DNA of 40,579 bases from a virus. Below the pieces are notes generated by a model. It made no database searches. It saw only the letters and a list, made by a program, of their open reading frames with translations, and had not been told where the DNA came from. Each line of letters starts with the position of its first letter. Position 1 is the stretch's first letter. A program made the position numbers and the translations under genes. The stretch lies in IMG/VR virus record IMGVR_UViG_3300027419_000014; one strand, given 5' to 3'. Shown piece by piece: positions 8,958 through 17,113 of the stretch.

Positions 8958-9416
8958 TTAATCCTCTATTTCATAAGCAAGATTTTTTAGCATAAGTCCT
9001 GTATCGTATAAAGGCTTGCCAACACCTTTTGATCCTTTTAATTCTTTCGCCCTTGTAGTTGACGGCGCGTTTCCCTGTAATTCTGAACCGCTTTTAATAA
9101 TTCTCTTTGCTTCAGCGATTGACTGCTGACCGATTGCCGTTAAAAATACCCGTTCTATTTGTTTAAGATCTCCCTGATTATAAAGAGCATAATTCTTGAC
9201 ATTTTCAAGATAAGCCTTTGCATGTTTTGCGATTTCTTCCGAAGACAATATTTTTTCAGCGGCTATCTGGAAAATAGGCCGGGGAGGGATAGTTTCTGTC
9301 CCGTAATTATTATAAGCCATAACATCGCTTAATTTAGTACCGTCTTCATATGTTGCGGCTTTAACGCCAAGTCGGACTTCCATTAATTCATTACCGTTGC
9401 CCCTATAATATGTCAA
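8958..9416 (-). CDS. HK97 gp10-like neck/tail-component protein (tentative)
   Basis: 152 aa. YGTETIPPRPIFQIA resembles the GT..iP.RPf signature of the HK97 gp10 family. Confidence 0.4.
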   Translation of the reverse strand: MTYYRGNGNELMEVRLGVKAATYEDGTKLSDVMAYNNYGTETIPPRPIFQIAAEKILSSEEIAKHAKAYLENVKNYALYNQGDLKQIERVFLTAIGQQSIAEAKRIIKSGSELQGNAPSTTRAKELKGSKGVGKPLYDTGLMLKNLAYEIED

Positions 9417-9675
9417 CCCTCACTATACTATTTATTCCAGTTGCCATAATATAAACATCAATTCTAGAACTGGAAGAAATTATTTCTAAATTTGTATTCT
9501 GAAAAATAAGGACACCTTCACTTTGCTTTGTGGGTGCTACCCCCCCTGTTATTTTATAAGTATAAAAATATTTATTTGTCTCAAAACCTGTTTTCCTGAT
9601 ATTCCCGCTAAGAATGCTCGTCGCAACTTTTGTCCATACTTCTTTTGTGCATGTTGCAAATGTTGGATTTGCCAT
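9403..9675 (-). CDS. Hypothetical protein
   Basis: 90-aa ORF, co-directional and tightly packed with its neighbours. Confidence 0.3.
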   Translation of the reverse strand: MANPTFATCTKEVWTKVATSILSGNIRKTGFETNKYFYTYKITGGVAPTKQSEGVLIFQNTNLEIISSSSRIDVYIMATGINSIVRVDIL

Positions 9676-9700
9676 TATTTACACCTATTCCATTCCATGA

Positions 9701-10258
9701 TTATAATATCTCTATTGTAAAATTTCTTGATGTAACGTTATTAGAAATTGAGGCTGTACCCCATTTATAAGTTACATCGATTATCTGATCTATTGTAGTA
9801 TCAATTGTAATATCCGTTGCGCCTTGTAGTACCCTGAAAAGTCCCGCGCTTGCAACCGTAATATCTTTAAAGAATGTTTTAGCAGCTCCTGCGATTTTTC
9901 CAGTTGCACCGATTTCTCTAATGGTAAAATATCCTTCAAGGTCATAATAAATATTTTGCCCTAAATTAGTCAAAGTTATTATACTCGATAAAAGCTCGAC
10001 CGCATTCATTTTAAATTTCAATGTTGCTGTTGGAGTTCCCGTATCCCCTAAAATGCCATAAGATTTTATCTTGATAATATCGCCAACTTTTAAAGTATTT
10101 GCCGGTATTGTTCGTGATCCGCGCGCGCCCGTATCATTAAACATGCTTGTTTCAATATCGGAATTTGATAAAATCTTATTAGCAATTTGAGCATAAATAA
10201 ATTTATACCCTTCAGTAATTTCTACGGTAACTATATCCATTAGTTTATTATCTCCCAA
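9701..10258 (-). CDS. Hypothetical protein (virion-module)
   Basis: 185-aa ORF overlapping the upstream ORF by 19 nt. No motif recognised. Confidence 0.3.
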   Translation of the reverse strand: MGDNKLMDIVTVEITEGYKFIYAQIANKILSNSDIETSMFNDTGARGSRTIPANTLKVGDIIKIKSYGILGDTGTPTATLKFKMNAVELLSSIITLTNLGQNIYYDLEGYFTIREIGATGKIAGAAKTFFKDITVASAGLFRVLQGATDITIDTTIDQIIDVTYKWGTASISNNVTSRNFTIEIL

Positions 10259-10566
10259 GATCCTTTGATATAGACATATACGTCCCCGTCAGTAGTTGTA
10301 GTTTCAATTTCATAAAGATAATTTAAGGCGTCAATATCAATAATCTGTTTATCAACTACGATCAATCCGGGGGACGCCTCATCAAGAGTCAAGCCCTCTC
10401 CATTTATTAAGGTTAATGTAGCCGGAGCATTTTCAGAAAATTTCAATTCCATTTTAGCGGAAGCTATAGAAAGAGGTAAACCGTTTTTTGTTATTAAAAA
10501 ACCTATGCCCTCAAAGGTCGTTCCCTTGATTACTGAATCTATAACTTTTATAATATACTGTGCCAT
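10240..10566 (-). CDS. Hypothetical protein (virion-module)
   Basis: 108-aa ORF downstream of the methyltransferase gene. Confidence 0.3.
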   Translation of the reverse strand: MAQYIIKVIDSVIKGTTFEGIGFLITKNGLPLSIASAKMELKFSENAPATLTLINGEGLTLDEASPGLIVVDKQIIDIDALNYLYEIETTTTDGDVYVYIKGSWEIIN

Positions 10567-10601
10567 ACAATACCTTTTTCACGCTTATTTTTAATTGTCA
10601 A

Positions 10602-11204
10602 CTATAATTTAATGATCTTGCCTATGCCCCAAAATATATCACTTATCTTTTCCGGTTTATCTCTAAGAAAATCATCGCAGGCAACTTTAACACCGGGGAG
10701 CATCTCGCCTTCCAGATCGTGTATGAGGATAATCCCGCCTTTAGACATCTTATGATAAACCTTATAAAAGCTGTCCATTATAGATGAATAAAAGTCCCCG
10801 TCAAAAAAAGCAAAACATATTTTATCCGGATATTGTTCATCGGGTATATCGCAAAACCAGCCTTTATGAACGACTGGACATTCAAGACCGGCATCGGCAA
10901 AGGTCTGTTCAAATTCATGCTGCTCTTTCTTCATGTCGCCTTGTTTACAAAGATCGCCGTCAATTTCTAGCGGTTCTGGGAGTCCTTGAAATGAATCGTA
11001 CACATGAAAAGTTTTATCTGAATTCATAGCATCCAGTAGGCGTCTGATATATAGGGAGGTTGTTCCGATATTACAGGCGAGCTCTACTGCGTCACCCGGT
11101 AGAGTTAATGTCTCAAGCAGATTATCAAGAATATACATTACTTGAGGGATGTTTACCAGCGGTGAAATTGTCTCTTTATTTCCATTTATTATTTTATAAA
11201 TCAT
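10602..11204 (-). CDS. TylF/macrocin-type class I SAM-dependent O-methyltransferase
   Basis: GDAVELACNIGTTSLYI is SAM-binding motif I. The protein also has HVYDSFQGLPEP and FAFFDGDFYSSIMDSFYKVYHKMSKGGIILIHD, as in TylF-family methyltransferases. Confidence 0.6.
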   Translation of the reverse strand: MIYKIINGNKETISPLVNIPQVMYILDNLLETLTLPGDAVELACNIGTTSLYIRRLLDAMNSDKTFHVYDSFQGLPEPLEIDGDLCKQGDMKKEQHEFEQTFADAGLECPVVHKGWFCDIPDEQYPDKICFAFFDGDFYSSIMDSFYKVYHKMSKGGIILIHDLEGEMLPGVKVACDDFLRDKPEKISDIFWGIGKIIKL

Positions 11205-12575
11205 TTATATACCTTCGTTATAACTATTTAAAGTTGTTGAAAAATGATGTTTTGCATAGCATTTTTCTGATCCAGTATAATTATCCCCAGAAAAATGTTC
11301 TCTTTGGAAAAACCACGACGGGAATATTTTAACATTCTGAGCTGTCTTTTTATACATCTCCCCTACATATTTATTACCGGTTTTTCTGAACGGTTCCATA
11401 TCTCCCGTAATACCGTCTTTTTTTAAGCCGTCAATCAGTTCTTTAGCAAATTTAGAACCCTTTACAGCAGCCAAAAGAGGTTGAATAAATCCCGGTCTTG
11501 ATTTCTCATTTTCCCAAAATGAATATGAATCATATTGATCTGTAAATAATTCATTTATCGGTAATAGACAGGTAGTATCCGCATCCATAAAGACACCGCC
11601 ATATCTAAATAATATTTCATACTGTACCACGTCTTTAAGTCCATGCCACATTTTTTTAGTGTAATAATAATCAACAAGTTTCTGATTTTCCCATTTTTCA
11701 GCAAATATTTCTTTTTCTGTCCATAGCCTGTATAAAAAATCTGGATTTTTTTCTCTCCATGTCTGCATCCATTTTAAAGGGGCGGGATTATCTGAAACCC
11801 ATAATTGATGAATCTGTTTTGGAATTACAAATTTCTCATTATCAATAAATTTATAAGCTTCCCTATTAAGTCCGTTATGGCCTACAAGTGAGGGCTTATG
11901 GTCGTTATGATCTATCAGTGAGGGTATAGGGAATATCATCTGAAACTTATTTTTCATAACCCACAAAGAAATCCTTTCATCATCATGGCATTCTGTTAAT
12001 GTGTCATAAAATTCGAGCATGGATTCGATTTGATTAGTCGGCAAGCAAACTGCAACTCCCCCACGGTTACGGCCTTCCAGCTGATAACCTTGAATTTCAA
12101 ATTGTCTCATCTTCGCTGCGTCGTATTCAGGCCGGATAAAAAAGTTATACCCATACACCGGACGGCAATGTGATATTCTCTCAGACTCCATGTCTGTTAT
12201 AAACTGTTCAGCCCGTTCTTTAAACCGATGGCAGATGATAGCATCATCCTGGATAACAACGTGGAAATCCGATTTTGGGTCGTGCATCATCCATGCAGCT
12301 TTACAATTTTCTATCAGATTGTTTTTCTGATCGATTGAAAAAGGAACTTCTCCAAGTTTTTCTCGTAAATAAGGAAAGTTTTTTGATCGGGAAGGATGAG
12401 CCATAACGGAAATAGAAAGTTTAATTTTCGGTATTTTCGGAGAGTCTAATTCGATTATATCCCCTAAATCTAAATGCATTTTTATAATAGCATATGGATA
12501 TTTATTTTCAGGGATATAATCACCATATTTATATTCGTTAAAGTTTTTTTCTTTATTGTTCCACATTAAATTCAT
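11205..12575 (-). CDS. Two-domain glycosyltransferase (GT-A-like N-half plus DXD sugar-binding C-half)
   Basis: The N-half has ISVMAHPSR...VVIQDDAI. The C-half has IPKQIHQLWVSDNPAP...LFRYGGVFMDADT, which is typical of the Gly_transf_sug (OCH1/capsule type) DXD family. Confidence 0.6.
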   Translation of the reverse strand: MNLMWNNKEKNFNEYKYGDYIPENKYPYAIIKMHLDLGDIIELDSPKIPKIKLSISVMAHPSRSKNFPYLREKLGEVPFSIDQKNNLIENCKAAWMMHDPKSDFHVVIQDDAIICHRFKERAEQFITDMESERISHCRPVYGYNFFIRPEYDAAKMRQFEIQGYQLEGRNRGGVAVCLPTNQIESMLEFYDTLTECHDDERISLWVMKNKFQMIFPIPSLIDHNDHKPSLVGHNGLNREAYKFIDNEKFVIPKQIHQLWVSDNPAPLKWMQTWREKNPDFLYRLWTEKEIFAEKWENQKLVDYYYTKKMWHGLKDVVQYEILFRYGGVFMDADTTCLLPINELFTDQYDSYSFWENEKSRPGFIQPLLAAVKGSKFAKELIDGLKKDGITGDMEPFRKTGNKYVGEMYKKTAQNVKIFPSWFFQREHFSGDNYTGSEKCYAKHHFSTTLNSYNEGI

Positions 12576-12585
12576 AAAATAAAAT

Positions 12586-13950
12586 TTATCTCCTTTTCAG
12601 AATATTCAATGCTTTGACATATTCAGCTATTATTTCAGATGTTCCTAAAGCTTCCACTCCCCCGGCTAAACTATCCGCTTCATCATCATGGTCAACATCC
12701 TTATGATAGCGTGAAACTCCGATACTAAAAGCCTGCTGCGTTCCCTCTAATATTCTCATACTTTCTTTTTGCGATGTTATTGTTGCCATGATTCTTTCAT
12801 GCTTATTTCTACTTTGATGTTTCCATGTCCACAGGTTTTTAACTTCATATTTAGCTTCGTCCTGTTTAAAAGCATCTATAAAGAATATAGTTGAATCCCC
12901 TAATTGACTTTCAAATACGGTTTCTATTGGAGTATATATATTTAAAAAGTCAAGCATTTCTATTCTTATCTGATGATCCGCAATAGAATGTTGCCAGCTC
13001 ATACCGGTAAATATAATTAAATCTTTACTTACGCCCACAATAGCCACAGATGTTCTATCAGTACCTTTCTTTTCTGAAAAGCTTGAATCTATAAAAGCAA
13101 GGCAATATTGGCAATCCCATAAGGGAACCGACATAAAAGCCCCCAGGGTTTCCCTGTCTTCTACATGCTTTAACATGTAGTTACACATCCATTCAGAATT
13201 TGGCAATCTTCCTTGCCGAGCAGCAATTTCTTTCATTTCATTCTCGGATAAATTTACAGTCCCAAAGGGGAATTGGCGCTCTTCAAATATTTCTTTTGGA
13301 AATATTGAAAAAACATCGCTTTCATGCCAGGGTGTGCCGGATAAACGAGTCTGCCCTAATGGATCAATAAGATTGTCTAATTCTTGGAAATAAGCAATAG
13401 TCCATTTTCTTTCTGCTGCGCTGTATCTATCATCTATGGTAACAATATCGTCCGACCATATATAATCAAAGTGCGCTCCGGTTATAGAAGCTCCTACTCC
13501 TACCGCTGACATAGAAGGATCAGGAGTAATTGTACGTTTAAAAGAAAAATTAGTACGTTCCGATGACCATATTTTTGTTGAGGCATTAACTATTTCCCAT
13601 CTTGAATATAAGTATAAACGAATAACATCAGAGGTAAGCATATGTGTTTGAATGGTTTTAAGTATAGCAGAGGCCAAATCCCCCGTTTTTCGCACTATAA
13701 GCAACCTCATATTCGGGTAGCAAAAAAAAAGCAAAATCATAGCTACGATTCCGCTTGTTGTTTTATAACTACCTCTATGGGCTTGTAATACGTCAAACTT
13801 CTTATATTTTAAGAAAATCTTTATCCATTTACCGTGAGTTTCTGTTAATTTATCATAGCCAAGTAAATGACCGAATTCATGGGGATTTTCTAACCAGTCA
13901 TCTAACGCGGATACATGATCAATCTTTTGTAGTGATGCCATGTTTTTCAA
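12586..13950 (-). CDS. terL: Terminase large subunit
   Basis: 454 aa. It has a Walker A-like AHRGSYKTTSG, a Walker B-like FDYIWSDDIVT and a C-terminal nuclease-like AFIDSSFS...DHDDEADSL. It directly follows terS. Confidence 0.85.
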   Translation of the reverse strand: MKNMASLQKIDHVSALDDWLENPHEFGHLLGYDKLTETHGKWIKIFLKYKKFDVLQAHRGSYKTTSGIVAMILLFFCYPNMRLLIVRKTGDLASAILKTIQTHMLTSDVIRLYLYSRWEIVNASTKIWSSERTNFSFKRTITPDPSMSAVGVGASITGAHFDYIWSDDIVTIDDRYSAAERKWTIAYFQELDNLIDPLGQTRLSGTPWHESDVFSIFPKEIFEERQFPFGTVNLSENEMKEIAARQGRLPNSEWMCNYMLKHVEDRETLGAFMSVPLWDCQYCLAFIDSSFSEKKGTDRTSVAIVGVSKDLIIFTGMSWQHSIADHQIRIEMLDFLNIYTPIETVFESQLGDSTIFFIDAFKQDEAKYEVKNLWTWKHQSRNKHERIMATITSQKESMRILEGTQQAFSIGVSRYHKDVDHDDEADSLAGGVEALGTSEIIAEYVKALNILKRR

Positions 13951-14509
13951 GTACGGATTTTACAGCGGTATCCTGATCATTCAGCATATCAAATTTAACG
14001 CTTACTTTCTGCTCTTTCATTCCTAAAATGCTTGTAAGTTCAGCAAGAGAACCTTTTTTATCATGGAGCTCAATTTCAATTATATCAGTGGCGGTTGTTA
14101 CTTCCTCATCTTCAGAATAGCTTTCTTTAATCCTTTTTATCTTAATTTTCTTTATAGCCCTGGTATCTATCTTATCAAAGTCCCTGGGAATTAACATACC
14201 ATCTTTATATTCCATGACATTATTTATATCAGAATAACCGAGGGCTTTTAATTCATCGAAAATAGAACCAATCTCTTTTTCCTTTTCGTTCCATATTTCA
14301 TTGATTTTTTCCTTAATTGCCTCTCTTATGTTAGTATTTGTTAGTAATTTGCTTGCGTTTACTTTGGCAGTATCATAATCAATAGGTGATTCATCACTAT
14401 CATAAGCCTCTAAATATGCCTTAGTAGCTACCCTGCACCGGATGTAATTAAGAACAAAGTCCTTTTGTCTATCGTTAAGTTTATCAAATGCTTTTATATC
14501 TTCAGACAT
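13919..14509 (-). CDS. terS: Terminase small subunit
   Basis: LNDRQKDFVLNYIRCRVATKAYLEAYDSD...KVNASKLLTNTNIREAI matches the Terminase_2 N-terminal HTH pattern. The gene lies immediately upstream of terL. Confidence 0.75.
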   Translation of the reverse strand: MSEDIKAFDKLNDRQKDFVLNYIRCRVATKAYLEAYDSDESPIDYDTAKVNASKLLTNTNIREAIKEKINEIWNEKEKEIGSIFDELKALGYSDINNVMEYKDGMLIPRDFDKIDTRAIKKIKIKRIKESYSEDEEVTTATDIIEIELHDKKGSLAELTSILGMKEQKVSVKFDMLNDQDTAVKSVLEKHGITTKD

Positions 14510-14510
14510 A

Positions 14511-14663
14511 TTATATTCCTTTTAATCTTTTAGCAGTACCGATCAAATCATAAAAATTAAGATGAGTATAACCGGATATTTTATGGCATTCCGGTTCAAG
14601 TATATATCTGACATAGTATTTAGTTTTAAGTTCTTTTAATCTGTTCAATTGATTTTCAGACAT
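14511..14663 (-). CDS. Small hypothetical protein (50 aa)
   Basis: Hand-translated as MSENQLNRLKELKTKYYVRYILEPECHK...KRLKGI. Its stop lies 1 nt before the terS ATG, and its start overlaps the stop of the upstream micro-ORF. Confidence 0.3.
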   Translation of the reverse strand: MSENQLNRLKELKTKYYVRYILEPECHKISGYTHLNFYDLIGTAKRLKGI

Positions 14664-14799
14664 TTTTAACATCACTCTCAATTTTGTTCACAATAGATTC
14701 ATAATATTCTCTACAAAATATTCTTGCAAATGACGCTCTTAAAATAGACGACCAGGTAATTTTAAAATTTATTTCAACTGTTAATTTATCTATCTTCAT
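14656..14799 (-). CDS. Small hypothetical protein (47 aa)
   Basis: Hand-translated as MKIDKLTVEINFKITWSSILRASFARIF.... It overlaps both neighbouring micro-ORFs in the manner of translational coupling. Confidence 0.25.
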   Translation of the reverse strand: MKIDKLTVEINFKITWSSILRASFARIFCREYYESIVNKIESDVKNV

Positions 14800-14932
14800 T
14801 CTTAACCTTTTTCATATAAACGTATTTATTAGCTTTAGAGCAATAAGACTTGATTCTCTTAGCATTGCTATATCTGCGAAATTCAGCTTTACATTCAGGG
14901 CATTGGTAAATGTTTATTTCTGATTCAGCCAT
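14786..14932 (-). CDS. Small zinc-ribbon-like protein (48 aa)
   Basis: Hand-translated as MAESEINIYQCPECKAEFRRYSNAKRIKSYCSKANKYV..., with a CxxC motif. Confidence 0.3.
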   Translation of the reverse strand: MAESEINIYQCPECKAEFRRYSNAKRIKSYCSKANKYVYMKKVKNEDR

Positions 14933-15028
14933 TACGATAGCATCCTTTTATAATATATTATATACTACAAAATAAACATTCCAGCAAAAAGAAAAATAAA
15001 AAATATTACCCACTCTAAAAACATCATA

Positions 15029-15175
15029 TCAATACTTCTTTCCGTGCTTATATTCTGTTATCTTATAACCATTTTTACAACCAACTATTTTTGGATTATC
15101 TTTTAATATACAAATCGGTTTAATAAAAGCACAATTTCTACAAACATTGTACAATCCACCATTTTTACCGATCAT
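15029..15175 (-). CDS. Small Cys-rich protein (48 aa)
   Basis: Hand-translated as MIGKNGGLYNVCRNCAFIKPICILKDNPKIVGCKNGYK.... Its start overlaps the stop of ORF 15172..15372. Confidence 0.3.
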   Translation of the reverse strand: MIGKNGGLYNVCRNCAFIKPICILKDNPKIVGCKNGYKITEYKHGKKY

Positions 15176-15372
15176 ATCTTATTCCCTTTATCATCATATC
15201 CGTAATTATAAGCCTTGTTTAATAGCTCAACGCCATGAATTAACAAGTCTTCAACTTCTTTTCCTGTATGATTCTTTAAATTAAAAAACTTTTTGGTAAA
15301 TATATCCTTTTTACTTTCTGTCTTAAAGTAAATCATTTTAGGGTAATATTTATAATCTGATGGTTTTTTCAT
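15172..15372 (-). CDS. Hypothetical protein
   Basis: 66-aa ORF with an AAGGA ribosome-binding site. It begins 13 nt downstream of the tRNA-like gene. Confidence 0.35.
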   Translation of the reverse strand: MKKPSDYKYYPKMIYFKTESKKDIFTKKFFNLKNHTGKEVEDLLIHGVELLNKAYNYGYDDKGNKI

Positions 15373-15385
15373 AATTTCCTTTTAT

Positions 15386-15488
15386 TTGCAGGGGAGGGAG
15401 TCGAACCCTCACACAAAAAACATTTACAAGGCGAAGATTACAACCTTTATATTTGTTTTTTGGCGTTTCCCAATTGCGCCACCCCGCA
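15386..15488 (-). tRNA. tRNA-like gene with canonical acceptor, D- and T-arms but about 30 extra nt in the anticodon arm; identity undetermined
   Basis: Hand fold of the minus strand. The acceptor stem is UGCGGGG/CCCUGCA. U8 is present, the D-arm is GCG/CGC with a GGG loop, and the T-arm is GAGGG-UUCGACU-CCCUC. 51 nt lie between the D- and T-arms, forming an 8-bp A-U stem plus an inner hairpin. No CCA is encoded. Confidence 0.5.
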
Positions 15489-15501
15489 TTTTAATTGTTA
15501 T

Positions 15502-15618
15502 TGAGAGAGACAGGATTTGATACCTGCATGAGACATTAATTTGACTTCTCTTCCTATCATGCGACCCACTGCCGGTCTTTTTTCAGGGTAGGCGTCTTTA
15601 CTCTTCCGCCACTTTCTC
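15502..15618 (-). ncRNA. Second, more degenerate tRNA-like RNA
   Basis: The acceptor is GAGAAAG/CUCUCUC with one A.C mismatch. U8 is present and the D-stem is GGCG/CGCC as in the neighbouring RNA. The T-stem is GCAGG/CCUGU with an 8-nt loop UAUCAAAU. 63 nt replace the anticodon/variable region. Confidence 0.3.
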
Positions 15619-15752
15619 AATAATTCTAGTATCGGGTCATGCACCAGAAAACATGTCAAACAAGACAATAATTATAGGAGGTAAATAATATTGTCTTCCA
15701 CCCTATAATTAACAAAATATTATTTATAATAAAAAGTCAAGAGTTTTTCTTA

Positions 15753-15780
15753 TTGACATTTAAAAATATTTAATTATTGT
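15753..15780 (+). promoter_or_regulatory. Candidate sigma70-type promoter for the plus-strand cassette
   Basis: TTGACA at 15753..15758, a 16-nt spacer, then TATTGT at 15775..15780. A GGAGG ribosome-binding site precedes the ATG at 15801. Confidence 0.4.
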
Positions 15781-15800
15781 CTGCTTGGAGGTTATGAATT

Positions 15801-16043
15801 ATGAGTAAAGCAAAAGATATGTATTTAAAAGTAATGGGAAATATTGATTCATCTTCGATGACTGGGGAATCTATTGAAAATTATGTTGAAGAACTAGAAT
15901 CAAATAAAAAAGAATTGATAGAATTCGCAAGAGATAATTTAAAATCAATTTGTATCAATTGCAGTAATAATGTAATAAAAAATTGCTTATGTGAAATGAA
16001 GCAATATAATATGAAAATACTTAAAAAATATGAGGCCGAATAA
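15801..16043 (+). CDS. Hypothetical small acidic protein, first gene of the plus-strand cassette
   Basis: 80 aa with a GGAGG RBS. Its stop shares one nt with the next start (TAATG). Confidence 0.4.
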   Translation: MSKAKDMYLKVMGNIDSSSMTGESIENYVEELESNKKELIEFARDNLKSICINCSNNVIKNCLCEMKQYNMKILKKYEAE

Positions 16044-16567
16044 TGAATGAAACTTGCCAAAAACTTCACGATACCCTTATAGACTTAGATCAATTCAATC
16101 CTGATTCTCTTCTGGTAAAATCTATAATGAATGTAAGAAAATGTAATCAGGATTATGCTCTTCAACTCGCTGGGAAACATTGTAATATGATATCTACTTA
16201 TGGAATACTTTTTGCTCTCGATTATATTTCAATGAGCTATGAAGACTTTTATTCGTTGTGCTTTTTAAAAGGTTATTGTAAAGAAAACGGATATTTATAT
16301 TTAACAAAGCCAAAATTATTTACAGCTCTTGAAATTTCAGCTAAATTGATAGAATGCCCGTCTTTGCCTGATAATATTCAACCTGAAGAACTCTATCAAG
16401 TCCCTATCAATAATAAGCATCATTGGACAGCTTGCGGCGTTGACGATGATCTGTCTATACTTCTTTTTGACACTCATGCCGGTTATCGTGGAGAATACGG
16501 CGGCGAAATGACATCCGCTTTTAAAGTTCATGGAGATAAACCGGATTATTATAATCATATATTTTAA
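16043..16567 (+). CDS. Hypothetical protein with papain-fold (C39/C58-like) cysteine-peptidase-like motifs
   Basis: 174 aa. QLAGKHCNMISTYG gives Q-x5-C, and KHHWTACGVDDDLSILLFDTHAGY gives H...D-x-x-x-G. This arrangement resembles clan CA peptidases. Read by eye only. Confidence 0.3.
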   Translation: MNETCQKLHDTLIDLDQFNPDSLLVKSIMNVRKCNQDYALQLAGKHCNMISTYGILFALDYISMSYEDFYSLCFLKGYCKENGYLYLTKPKLFTALEISAKLIECPSLPDNIQPEELYQVPINNKHHWTACGVDDDLSILLFDTHAGYRGEYGGEMTSAFKVHGDKPDYYNHIF

Positions 16568-17077
16568 TTATTTAACCTCTGGATTATTTTTTTTCAGGGC
16601 TTGAATAGTTTCATAATATTTTTCAAGTATATCCTTAATAAGCCCTTCAGAAAAATATTTAAAATGATTTGAATGCATTTCTTCTATTTCATCAATTAGA
16701 ATCTGTAGTTCTGATTTGCGGATGTAACCTTTTTCTTCAGCATTTATTTTTATAATACTATAAAACATTTCGGGTATACAATCTTTAAAAATTTCGTCAA
16801 ATTGTTCTACAGTCATTTGAAACTTTTTCTGTTCGCTCACTATCTGTCCGGTATTTGTTATGTGTTTTTCCATTTTTTTCTCCACATGTCTATTTTTTAT
16901 AGCACCAGATTTTATATCCTCAACAAAATGTTCTACCTTTGATACAATTTCAGGATCGGAAATATCTTTCATGCCTATAGGTTCAAACAATTCTCCGTCT
17001 TTACAGAGCTTTTTACAATCTATACCAAATCTACTAAAAGCTATGAGATGATTACAATATTTACAACGTCCATCCAT
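16568..17077 (-). CDS. Hypothetical protein with an N-terminal Cys cluster
   Basis: 169 aa beginning MDGRCKYCNHLIAFSRFGIDCKKLC. It is the last gene of the radical-SAM operon and abuts the convergent plus-strand gene with no spacer. Confidence 0.4.
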   Translation of the reverse strand: MDGRCKYCNHLIAFSRFGIDCKKLCKDGELFEPIGMKDISDPEIVSKVEHFVEDIKSGAIKNRHVEKKMEKHITNTGQIVSEQKKFQMTVEQFDEIFKDCIPEMFYSIIKINAEEKGYIRKSELQILIDEIEEMHSNHFKYFSEGLIKDILEKYYETIQALKKNNPEVK

Positions 17078-17113
17078 TAATTTACCCCTCCTGACAAAAT
17101 ATTCATTATGTCT

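Noticed and set aside
15433-15442. Loop of tRNA-like RNA1 (GUAAUCUU) is complementary to one arm (AAGAUUAC) of hairpin 1 in the antirepressor leader at 24841..24849
   Set aside because: This is only an 8-nt match of AT-rich sequence. About one such match is expected by chance in a genome of this size and composition. It is worth testing only if both RNAs prove real.
15386-15618. tRNA-like genes as suppressor tRNAs signalling stop-codon recoding
   Set aside because: Long uninterrupted ORFs cover the genome in the standard code. Neither RNA presents a CUA, UCA or UUA triplet in an anticodon-loop context.
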